A DNA stretch of 64,000 nucleotides. Source: an uncultured Bacteriovoracaceae bacterium. GTDB lineage: Bacteria > Bdellovibrionota > UBA1018. The translations under genes were made by a program, and so were the position numbers. Shown here piece by piece: positions 19,746-28,418 of this stretch. Positions within the stretch are counted from its first letter, which is position 1, and every line of letters starts with the position of its first letter. A model generated the notes under the pieces. The model made no database searches, was not told the origin of the DNA, and saw nothing but the letters and a program-made list of their open reading frames with translations. The stretch covers positions 61,702-125,701 of the forward strand of contig CAYIHX010000005.1 of NCBI GenBank assembly GCA_964363305.1, in the 5' to 3' direction.

Positions 19746-20792
19746 TCAAGTCTCGTTCTGGGCGATGAGATCGATGGCGTCAGCCACCCTCGATGAGTAG
19801 CCCCATTCGTTATCATACCAGAGTACGAGCTTAACAAGGCGACCCCGGTTGACCATGAGCCAACGGGTATCGAAAATAACGGAATGGGGATCCGCCTGGT
19901 AATCGACGGAGATCAAGGGTTCGTCAGACACCCTGAGAACTCGCCTCAAGTTCTTGTCTTGGAGGGCAACGTCCATTGCCTCCAGGATCTGTTTTTCAGT
20001 GACGTCACGAGAGAACTCAATCGTCATATCCGCGCTGGTGACTGTTTGGGTGGGCACTCGGTAACTGAGGCACTGAAGGCGTCCGCTCAAGTGCGGCATG
20101 ACTTTTTCGAGGGCGGAAACAAGAGTAGTGGGTTTTGGGATCAAGGTGCCGATCGAGGAGCGACCGAGCGGGTAATGGGAATAAACCTGCCCGGGATAGC
20201 TCTGCGATCTTGACGAGCCATCCATGAGGTTTTGATAAGAGAGCCAGGGGTGCAATGAGGTAATGAAGCCGCCCGCGACCCCAAAAGCGCGATCTAAGAC
20301 ATTAAGAACGGGAGCGCAGGCATTGACGTCGCAGATGCTTGTGCAGAGAAGTTTGTGCTCTTGAGGCCTGAATTTCGATTCGTTGACCCCGAAAAGAAGG
20401 ATAAAGTCCGCGATCGATGACGAGTTCGTCACAATTACCGAAATGCCTTTTTTGGTGAGGTTGCGAGAGAGTTCCTCATTTTGCTTGACGCCAGTGGCTT
20501 CGATAACGACGTCGACTCCATTTGTTTTCCAGTCGACTGCGTCAATAGCTTCTTGGTGGGAAACTGAGACCCAATTCTCATCGATGCGGATGCCTTTGGA
20601 TTCGGCCGCTATCACATCGGGCAGCCGTCCGTAGGTGGAATCATACTTCAGCAGGTAAGCAAGGTTGGCCGAATCTGGGTTCAGATCATTGATGTGAACG
20701 AGGTCGTGTTCCCGCTGTTCAAGAAGAATGCGTGCGACGATTCTTCCAATTCTTCCGAAACCGTTGATTCCGACTCGAAGGCGTTTTTTCAT
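19746..20792 (-). CDS. Glyceraldehyde-3-phosphate / erythrose-4-phosphate dehydrogenase family protein (divergent)
   Basis: LRVGINGFGRIGRIVARIL N-terminus and ...YDSTYG...; an active-site-region Cys is present (TSICDVNACAPV) but diverges from the canonical SCTTNC. Confidence 0.8.
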   Translation of the reverse strand: MKKRLRVGINGFGRIGRIVARILLEQREHDLVHINDLNPDSANLAYLLKYDSTYGRLPDVIAAESKGIRIDENWVSVSHQEAIDAVDWKTNGVDVVIEATGVKQNEELSRNLTKKGISVIVTNSSSIADFILLFGVNESKFRPQEHKLLCTSICDVNACAPVLNVLDRAFGVAGGFITSLHPWLSYQNLMDGSSRSQSYPGQVYSHYPLGRSSIGTLIPKPTTLVSALEKVMPHLSGRLQCLSYRVPTQTVTSADMTIEFSRDVTEKQILEAMDVALQDKNLRRVLRVSDEPLISVDYQADPHSVIFDTRWLMVNRGRLVKLVLWYDNEWGYSSRVADAIDLIAQNET

Positions 20793-21640
20793 GGTGAGTT
20801 CCGGCGTTCAAAAATAGTATTCCTGCACTTGAAACCACTGTTCTCATAGACCCAGTCACTGACGCTTGATGGCCTCAGTCCGGCTTTTTCAAGAATTGCG
20901 GGAATCTTGCTGGGTTCGCCCGGGGCGTCGCTCACCTCTACAAGGATGCTCCTGAGTCTAGGGTCTGACAAAACGCCCATTCCACCCGCCAAGATGTTTT
21001 CTTCCAGGCCATCCACGTCGAGCTTGATCAGAGAAGGAAAGGGACTTGAGTTCCTCCCGAACCACTGATCAAGCGTGATGCAATAGGTTCCCTGAATGAA
21101 TGGAATCTTTTTGGTACCTTGGGTCGAAAAACTCGAAGGTTGACCAACATTGTGAAAGGAAGATCCTGGCGTGAGATCGCTTACAAAGAAGGAAGAAGGT
21201 TTGGTTTGATCCGAAAATGCGAGGGGGAAGGGCAAGATATTCTCAAAGCCGTTTCTGTGAATATTCAGGCAAAGCCGCGCGTAGTTTTGAGACTCAGGTT
21301 CGAAAGCGAGGACTTGCGCTTTGGGTTGTACCTTGGCAGCGAAAAGAGAATAGATTCCTACGTTGGCTCCGATGTCGAGGAAGACGTCTCCGGGCTGGAG
21401 ACATTTACGTATCCACTCGAGGGTCTCCGGTTCCTTTTCTAAAAAGGATTCGGCCCGATATCTCTCGACTGGGCTCATCACGCCAATGAAAAACGCGGAG
21501 GGTCCGGCCCCACAGGCCATCTGCTGGTTGCCTATGAACCGCCATCTGAATTCACGAAGAGATTGTATCAAGTCCCAGACGAGGCTCTTCACGGGGCTTG
21601 GAATGATTGCTTTGAGGGAATTTTTAACCACTTCTGACAT
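20789..21640 (-). CDS. FkbM-family SAM-dependent methyltransferase
   Basis: VFLDIGANVGIYSLFAA FkbM motif. An internal Met (MSEVVKN, about 21640) avoids overlap with the divergent gene at 21753. Confidence 0.7.
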   Translation of the reverse strand: MSEVVKNSLKAIIPSPVKSLVWDLIQSLREFRWRFIGNQQMACGAGPSAFFIGVMSPVERYRAESFLEKEPETLEWIRKCLQPGDVFLDIGANVGIYSLFAAKVQPKAQVLAFEPESQNYARLCLNIHRNGFENILPFPLAFSDQTKPSSFFVSDLTPGSSFHNVGQPSSFSTQGTKKIPFIQGTYCITLDQWFGRNSSPFPSLIKLDVDGLEENILAGGMGVLSDPRLRSILVEVSDAPGEPSKIPAILEKAGLRPSSVSDWVYENSGFKCRNTIFERRNSP

Positions 21641-21752
21641 TGAGTTTTCTCGGCGAGAAGATGGCCTTACCGATAGAGCGTTGTAAAGTGATTTTGTGCA
21701 TGCCATGTTCATTTTCGAGGTCAATATCCACCATAGGGAGGGAAGGTGAGCC

Positions 21753-22514
21753 ATGATTCCAGCACTCATGATCGGACGAAAGGGGAGCCGCGTTAAAGAC
21801 AAGAATGTTCGTCCGGTACTCGGACGACCACTGTGTCTCTACCCGATTCTCGCAGCTAAAAACTCGAGTTCGGTGAGCCAAGTCTATGTTTCGACCGACT
21901 GTGATAAAATTCACCAAGTCGCGCTTGAACAGTCGTGCACCTTGATCGAACGACCCGCGCACTTGGCGACAAATGAGGCTCTGGCGGAAGACGCTTTTCA
22001 GCATGGCTATGAGTGGATCGGTCGCCAATTGGAGACTGAGCATCCAAGGGAGAAAATCGAATTCATTGTTCTTCTCTTCGCGAATGGAATCACGATTACG
22101 CCCGGACTGATTGATGAGGGAGTTAGGTTTTTGAGGGCAAATCCGGACTTCGATTCAGCTGTATCAGTCAGTAAATATAATATGTTCAGCGCGTTACGGG
22201 CGCGAAAAATTGAGAACGGTTTGGTTCGCCCGTTTGTCGATCCCGCCCTGTTCTCGAATGCAACTTGTGACCGTGATTCACAGGGTGACACCTATTTTGT
22301 CGACTGCTCTATTTTTGTGCTTCGGCCGCGATGTTTTGATTACTCAAAGGGGGAATTGCCCTTTCGCTGGATAGGCCGAAAGGTTCATCCGCTTCATCAG
22401 GAGGCGGGATTTGATGTCGATTTTGAATGGCAGTTCCCTGTCGTCGAGTGGTTTTTGAAGCAGAACGGGTTCACCGAGTCTTCGACGCCTTACGAGAAGA
22501 TGAAGCAAAAATGA
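21753..22514 (+). CDS. Acylneuraminate (nonulosonic acid) cytidylyltransferase, NeuA/LegF-like
   Basis: MIPALMIGRKGSRVKDKNVRPVLGRPLCLYPILAA...VYVSTD matches the CMP-NeuAc synthetase N-terminal pattern. Confidence 0.8.
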   Translation: MIPALMIGRKGSRVKDKNVRPVLGRPLCLYPILAAKNSSSVSQVYVSTDCDKIHQVALEQSCTLIERPAHLATNEALAEDAFQHGYEWIGRQLETEHPREKIEFIVLLFANGITITPGLIDEGVRFLRANPDFDSAVSVSKYNMFSALRARKIENGLVRPFVDPALFSNATCDRDSQGDTYFVDCSIFVLRPRCFDYSKGELPFRWIGRKVHPLHQEAGFDVDFEWQFPVVEWFLKQNGFTESSTPYEKMKQK

Positions 22515-23353
22515 GTCAAAAAGTGGAGCGGTTTGTCCGATATCGGGTGAAATCACCGAGTTTTGGGGTGACGGAGCCCGCTTGGGGCCGGATCGAGGGG
22601 GAATGGGTCTACTCGATAGCGACCGCTCCGTGGCACATACCCCATTTGTCTCCCGTTGACCGATCTCGCTCCCTCAAAAAAGATGACCTTGAGTTTCTCG
22701 CGCCGGCGGAGCCGGAGAAGATTGTCGCCCTGGGATATAATTACCGAGATCTCGTGGTAGACCCTACCGCAGTTTTAGGTGGCAAAGCCCTGGAGTTTGA
22801 GCAGCCGGGTTTTGAACCCGTGATTTTTTTGAAGGCGCCCAATGCTCTTTCTGATCCGTTCGGGGATATTCGTGTTCCCTCTTTTTCTAAAGAGACCTGG
22901 GTTGAAGTCGAATTGGCGCTCGTGATGGGGCGGAGGGTGTCGGGCGAAATTTCGAAAGAGGAAGCCGCGCGTGCGATATTTGGAGTGACAATCGGGAACG
23001 ATGTGAGCTGTTTTAAGGTTGCAGCGAGTGATTGGCACTTGGCGCGATCGAAGAGTCTGGATGGGTTTTGTCCGTTGGGTCCTGAGCTGGTGAGGGGACT
23101 CGACGATTCAAATCTGAGACTCACGACGGCGATCAATGGACGTATCACTCAGGATGGTCAAACGGGGAATCGGATTCTCTCTAGCGTGGAGGCGGTTCAG
23201 TTCGTAGCTCGTTTTATTACCTTGATGCCTGGGGACGTTTTGTTGACCGGGTCTCCACGGGGGGCGCGGCAGTCGTTGATTCGACCCGGCGATCAAATCA
23301 CTCTTTCGATAGAAAATTTGGGTTCCCAGGTGTGCCGAGGGGCGCGGTGGTAG
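22511..23353 (+). CDS. Fumarylacetoacetate hydrolase (FAH) family protein
   Basis: FAH-fold segments (GYNYRDLVVDP, FLKAPNALSDPFGDIRVP, ELALVMG, GTPRGAR-like LTGSPRGAR). The start ATG at 22511 overlaps the upstream stop. Confidence 0.7.
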   Translation: MSQKVERFVRYRVKSPSFGVTEPAWGRIEGEWVYSIATAPWHIPHLSPVDRSRSLKKDDLEFLAPAEPEKIVALGYNYRDLVVDPTAVLGGKALEFEQPGFEPVIFLKAPNALSDPFGDIRVPSFSKETWVEVELALVMGRRVSGEISKEEAARAIFGVTIGNDVSCFKVAASDWHLARSKSLDGFCPLGPELVRGLDDSNLRLTTAINGRITQDGQTGNRILSSVEAVQFVARFITLMPGDVLLTGSPRGARQSLIRPGDQITLSIENLGSQVCRGARW

Positions 23354-23376
23354 GCTATGCTATTGTGGTGTGACGG

Positions 23377-24393
23377 TTAGTATTCCTGGTCATACTTTTG
23401 CTCTTCTTTGAGCAAGGCATGAAGTCCATGCTCATCGAGCCACTGGGTATTGTTATCGCTCGAATAGCTAAAATCTTCAGGGACGTTTCGAGCTCCGCTG
23501 GGCAGGTCGGCAGCGGAAATTTTTCCATTCTTCAAGTTACTCTTCTGTGGAAGAATGACGTAGAGGTGGTCATATTCGATCGTATTCCGCGCATCATCGG
23601 CACTGATCAATGATTCGTGCAGTTTTTCACCGGGCCTAATTCCGATGATACGTGTAGCGACCCCAGGCGCAATAGCATTCGCCGTTTTCATAACGGTCAT
23701 AGAAGGAATTTTGGGAACAAAAATTTCCCCTCCATTCATAGTTTCGAAAGCGGTCATGACTAGCTTGATGCCTTGCTCGAGTGTGATCATAAACCGAGTC
23801 ATTCTTTCGTCGGTAATGGGAATCTCGCCCGTTCTTTTAATCCTTTCGAAAAAGGGAATTACCGATCCTCGGCTGCCGACAACATTGCCATATCGTACTA
23901 TTGAAAAGCGGGTTGGGTGTGAGCCAGAATATTGATTCGCCGCAATAAAAAGTTTATCCGAACAAAGCTTGGTTGCTCCATACAGATTTACCGGATTGGC
24001 AGCTTTATCCGTCGACAGTGCGACCACTTTCTTAACGCCTCGGTCAATTGCCACATCGATGATATTCATGGCTCCAAGAATGTTGGTTTTTACCGCCTCG
24101 GTGGGGTTATCCTCGGCAGCCGGGACTTGCTTCTGCGCTGCAGCGTGAACCACGTAGTCAATCCCCTCGAAAAGACGGCTGAGCCGATTTCGATCTCGTA
24201 CATCGCCGATACAATAACGGAGGGCCGGGTAGCGCTCCGGGCTATAAATTTGAGCCATCTCGAATTGTTTGAGTTCATCTCGACTAACGACGATAAATGA
24301 CTCCGGTTTGAAATTCCCCAAAACGTAACGAGTGAAGCGCTTGCCAAATGACCCTGTTCCGCCCGTAAGCAAGATTCTTTTTCCGTTGAACAT
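23377..24393 (-). CDS. pseB: UDP-N-acetylglucosamine 4,6-dehydratase (inverting), PseB/FlaA1 family
   Basis: MFNGKRILLTGGTGSFGKRF is the PseB N-terminal signature, about 338 aa. Confidence 0.85.
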   Translation of the reverse strand: MFNGKRILLTGGTGSFGKRFTRYVLGNFKPESFIVVSRDELKQFEMAQIYSPERYPALRYCIGDVRDRNRLSRLFEGIDYVVHAAAQKQVPAAEDNPTEAVKTNILGAMNIIDVAIDRGVKKVVALSTDKAANPVNLYGATKLCSDKLFIAANQYSGSHPTRFSIVRYGNVVGSRGSVIPFFERIKRTGEIPITDERMTRFMITLEQGIKLVMTAFETMNGGEIFVPKIPSMTVMKTANAIAPGVATRIIGIRPGEKLHESLISADDARNTIEYDHLYVILPQKSNLKNGKISAADLPSGARNVPEDFSYSSDNNTQWLDEHGLHALLKEEQKYDQEY

Positions 24394-24404
24394 GTAAGTG
24401 TCGT

Positions 24405-25427
24405 ATGGATTCCATCAGTGAATTGTCAAGGGCAACTTGCCCATTCGAACTGCAAGTGATTAGAGTTCCATCACGGATGAAGATACCTATTGTTTGCCCA
24501 GTCTGCTGCGCCGAGTCTGATGGATCGAGAAAATTTCCTTATAAAGCAGGAGGGAGGTCACTCGCCCTTGGTCAGGAGATCATACTTTGTAGAGCTTGCG
24601 GAGGTGGGTTTCTTTCTCCGGGATTTAGTGAGTCGCAGATTAAAAGCCTGTATGAGCAGGGTGATTTTTGGGGCCGCTATGCTCAACCCGATGGCTTGAG
24701 GGAACTTGCTTGCCCTTTTGTAATGGCTGAAGCGAGATGGGAATACTTGCGCTCCGTAGTTACGGACATAGAGCAGCGTCCTTTGCGAGTACTGGATGTG
24801 GGAGCGGGACATGGGCTGTTCGGTCTTAGCGGTGTTCTGTATAATTCGAATGCTATTTCGGAGTACGTGGCTGTCGATTCTGATGCACGTCTCAGACAGA
24901 CGATCAGAACCCTTTGGGACAAGCATGTTACGGGGGTACCTTTACGAGTCTTGGCGTCAACTGATTTTTTGGAGAAAGGCGACCGTTTCGACTTGATCGT
25001 GTTGTCGCACGTTCTGGAGCACATCCCGGAACCTGTTCAGTTTCTCGAGCATTTAACGTCCTTTGCTCGAGGTGGAGCCTTGCTTTTTGTAGAGACGCCG
25101 TTTCAGGATAATAAGTACAAAGAGGATGTTTTTGGGCACGTTCTGTTCTTGGGGCCAGACCATCTTCAGCGGATATTGGCTCGTACGCGCTGGAGGTCTC
25201 TGTCTACAGGTTGTTTTGGGCGCTCGAAAGAGTTGACCCCTATGAATTTGAGTTCCCCTGTTGTCTTTTTAAGAATTATTGAACGGATAGTGGGGAAATT
25301 GAAAAGGTATTTGCCCTTGAGGTTTTTGATGGTTTTTTATGATTGGTATTTCGGAATTCGGCACAGGAATTCCGATGGCACTTGGATTCGGCAGGTAGCT
25401 ATTTTCGAAGGAGTGAACAGGCCCTGA
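24405..25427 (+). CDS. Class I SAM-dependent methyltransferase with N-terminal Cys4 zinc-ribbon
   Basis: CPVCCAES...CRACGGG ribbon, then LDVGAGHGLF and VLSHVLEHIPEP methyltransferase motifs. Confidence 0.65.
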   Translation: MDSISELSRATCPFELQVIRVPSRMKIPIVCPVCCAESDGSRKFPYKAGGRSLALGQEIILCRACGGGFLSPGFSESQIKSLYEQGDFWGRYAQPDGLRELACPFVMAEARWEYLRSVVTDIEQRPLRVLDVGAGHGLFGLSGVLYNSNAISEYVAVDSDARLRQTIRTLWDKHVTGVPLRVLASTDFLEKGDRFDLIVLSHVLEHIPEPVQFLEHLTSFARGGALLFVETPFQDNKYKEDVFGHVLFLGPDHLQRILARTRWRSLSTGCFGRSKELTPMNLSSPVVFLRIIERIVGKLKRYLPLRFLMVFYDWYFGIRHRNSDGTWIRQVAIFEGVNRP

Positions 25428-25674
25428 CGATGATCTTCTTGGAGAAGCCATTTCTGTTTTGAGGTATGGAGTTCACGGAGGCCGGGTGCGGGTAAGAGTT
25501 ATTTGAGGTCCAAATTTTCACGATTTATTTCCCGTTATGGTCATTTACTACTATTCCTCTCGATTTCTGGAGTTGGTGATTCCGTAGGGTAAAATGATCT
25601 GCCGACCGGATTTGCGTGGTCTTTTGCTGATTTTGCTTGCGTGGATCTGGGTATCCACCGAAGAAAGATGACTG

Positions 25675-26607
25675 GTGAAACCTCAGCGAGTGCTCCTTAC
25701 TGGAGCGTCAGGTCTACTTGGTTCAAATTTTTTGGCGTCGACCCGAGGCATGGAAGTGCTTGGAGTAAGTCGTAAGCGCTCAGTTCATGTTAATTCACCT
25801 CAGTATTGGAAGCCTTTGGATCTCGGGGACAGTGAGGGGTTCCAAAAAATATTAGAACAGTTTCGGCCGGATATTGTGGTACATGCTGCTGCATTGGCTA
25901 GTGTTGATGAATGCGAGATCGATCCGGCCCGCGCGTTTGTTCAGAATGTTGAAATTTCTGAACGCTTGGCCATGCTCGTACAGAGGGCTTCATCGCGATT
26001 CGTCTTTATTTCAACAGACGCATTTTTTGACGTTGACGGGCAGGCGGCCCTGGAAAAGGATATCCCGAGGCCGTGTAACGTCTATGGTGAGTCAAAGGCG
26101 GAGGCGGAGAAGCGGATCGCGGTTGCTTGTCCTGGCGCACTTATAGTGCGGACAAATTTTTTTGGCTGGTCGGGAAGTCCGGCGGCCAGTGGGACCGGGA
26201 TTGTCGATTGGCTCGTCGGGAGTCTCAAGGCGGAGAAGCCTATTCCACTCTTTGCAGATGTCGAATTTTGTCCGCTCTATGTAAGGACTTTAGTTGAAGC
26301 AATTTTAGAACTTTCGGATCAGGGACGGTCGGGCATCGTGCACTTGTTGGGCTCAGACCGGGTTAGCAAACATGATTTCGGCCTGATGGTTGCGGCCGAG
26401 CTTGGGTCAGGCATTTCTCACGTGTTTTCGGCTGCCATTTCAAGTGCTGATCTTCGTGCGAAGAGATCGAAGCGGATGTGGTTATCGAACGCTTTGTCTC
26501 GGCAATGGCTGCCGCATTTCGACTTCTCTCTTGCAACGAGCGTTCAGCGATTGGCGGCTGACATGGGAGACTATAGGGACGAGCTATTTCGCATGCTTTC
26601 GGCGTAA
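25675..26607 (+). CDS. NAD(P)-dependent sugar-nucleotide reductase/epimerase (RmlD-like)
   Basis: VLLTGASGLLGSNF Rossmann motif. A YxxxK segment (YGESKAEAEK) is present. The protein is about 310 aa. Confidence 0.7.
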   Translation: MKPQRVLLTGASGLLGSNFLASTRGMEVLGVSRKRSVHVNSPQYWKPLDLGDSEGFQKILEQFRPDIVVHAAALASVDECEIDPARAFVQNVEISERLAMLVQRASSRFVFISTDAFFDVDGQAALEKDIPRPCNVYGESKAEAEKRIAVACPGALIVRTNFFGWSGSPAASGTGIVDWLVGSLKAEKPIPLFADVEFCPLYVRTLVEAILELSDQGRSGIVHLLGSDRVSKHDFGLMVAAELGSGISHVFSAAISSADLRAKRSKRMWLSNALSRQWLPHFDFSLATSVQRLAADMGDYRDELFRMLSA

Positions 26608-26687
26608 AAGAGGATAGATGACAGTAGAGGAGTCATAGGCACGCCCCGCGGCTTTCGGATTTGAGCCCTTTAGAAAGGTAGACTTGT

Positions 26688-28418
26688 TTGTTGCGATTCA
26701 ACTCGACGCCGAGGAAGCTACGCATTCAAGAAATTCGGGAATTTCTTGGTTCGAGGCTAGAACGACGGCTTCTTCTAGGAATTGGAGTTGGCTTTGCTCT
26801 TTTTGGGGTTGAAGTTGCCTTCGCTTACTCTCTTCAGCTCGTGCTTGCTACCTTGGGAACCATACAATGGGAGAGTGTGGGGTTTTTGAAGGCTATGGAC
26901 TCCCGTCCGTCCGTTCCTCTGTCTCTGGGAGTATTCGTTGCGCTGGGTTGTTTGCGCGCGCTGATTCTTTCGGCACAGCTCCTTAATGTGGGGACGAGCA
27001 GTGAAGAGTATCGCTTTGTTCAACGGACTCGAATCACAAAATGGGCGATGCTCATTGGCGTGACCAGCGCCTCAAGGGCCATTAACTTATTTAATGAGAG
27101 GGTTGTTAACGGCGCTGCTTATTTGAGAACGGCTCAAGATGTCTTTATTCGGGTTGTGACTGCTGTATTTCTGGCTCTTGCTCTGTTTCGTATTTCACCG
27201 CTGACCACCTCATTAGGGATTACGGCGATGGTGCTGGTGGGCCTGTTTCTTCGTAAGTTGGATCATGGGATCACCGTTTCCAGTCTTGCGGTAAAGATTT
27301 CTTCTAATAAAATCAATGAGAGCCTGATTCGAAATCTACGGAACCTTCTTTTCATCCAGATTGTTGGAATGGAAAAGCGCGAGGAAAAAAAGGCTCAGGC
27401 CTTCCTCCAGGACGCGAAAAACAGTTTTACCTACTATCAGCAGCTTATTGGTCTAAAGTTCGCGGTTCCTCAGATAGCGGGCGCATTTATGGTAGGCGCG
27501 ATTGTCTGGGTACTTCATTCTACGGAGATTGGTCATTCTGGGAACGTGGTCACCTTTCTTTACCTATTTGTCCGTTTTGTGCAGATTTTTGCGGATGTCG
27601 TAAAGTCGTCCTCCGAACTTGCCTATTATCGGCCTCACCATGTTGAACTTTTTGAGTGGTGGCGGTCGAATAGATTGGGGTTGACTCATGGTGTCGCAGG
27701 AGGGGAGCCAGAGAAATCGAGTGGAGCACTCTTTCATGGCCCGATTGGATGGGAATTGAAGAATGTGACGTTCTCTTATCCCGGTGAGAAGCAACCTATT
27801 CTCCGCGAGTTCAGTATGTCGATTCACGCGGGAGAATTTTTCGCGATCCGCGGTCGCTCTGGGATTGGAAAGAGCACGCTTATAGGTGTTCTTCTTGGTA
27901 TTCTAAAACCCCAAGAGGGCGAGGTATTAGTTATAGATTCTCAGGGCAAATCCCTTCCATTAAGTGGGGCAAAAAATTCACTTCTGAAGTTGGTTGGATA
28001 TGTCGGTCCAGAAAATTTTTTGATTGAAGGAACTATTCGAGAAAATCTGCTTTACGGGGCCGACCTGCGAACCGTCCCTGATGATGCCACTTTATTGGAG
28101 GCACTTGCTTTTGCGAATTGCGATTTTGTTCAGTCTCTTGACAGAGGTCTTGATCACTTTCTTACGGACCAAGGTCACGGGCTTTCGGCCGGGCAGAAGC
28201 AACGGCTTGCATTGGCTAGGGCGGCATTACGAAATCCTACAGTTCTGATTCTTGATGAGGCCACTTCAAACCTGGATAGTAGAACGGAGATGGAAATTGT
28301 AGAACGAACTCGAACGCTCAAAGGTAGAATGACTATCGTCGCCATTAGTCATCGAGAGGCACTTTTTCTGGCAGCTGATCGGACGCATACAATGGAAGTT
28401 CGCGGACCATCGCTATGA
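26688..28418 (+). CDS. Fused ABC exporter (transmembrane domain plus ATPase), glycan/lipid flippase-type
   Basis: Six-helix N-terminal domain. Walker A GRSGIGKST, signature LSAGQKQRLALARA and Walker B LILDEATSNLD. Confidence 0.8.
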   Translation: MLRFNSTPRKLRIQEIREFLGSRLERRLLLGIGVGFALFGVEVAFAYSLQLVLATLGTIQWESVGFLKAMDSRPSVPLSLGVFVALGCLRALILSAQLLNVGTSSEEYRFVQRTRITKWAMLIGVTSASRAINLFNERVVNGAAYLRTAQDVFIRVVTAVFLALALFRISPLTTSLGITAMVLVGLFLRKLDHGITVSSLAVKISSNKINESLIRNLRNLLFIQIVGMEKREEKKAQAFLQDAKNSFTYYQQLIGLKFAVPQIAGAFMVGAIVWVLHSTEIGHSGNVVTFLYLFVRFVQIFADVVKSSSELAYYRPHHVELFEWWRSNRLGLTHGVAGGEPEKSSGALFHGPIGWELKNVTFSYPGEKQPILREFSMSIHAGEFFAIRGRSGIGKSTLIGVLLGILKPQEGEVLVIDSQGKSLPLSGAKNSLLKLVGYVGPENFLIEGTIRENLLYGADLRTVPDDATLLEALAFANCDFVQSLDRGLDHFLTDQGHGLSAGQKQRLALARAALRNPTVLILDEATSNLDSRTEMEIVERTRTLKGRMTIVAISHREALFLAADRTHTMEVRGPSL

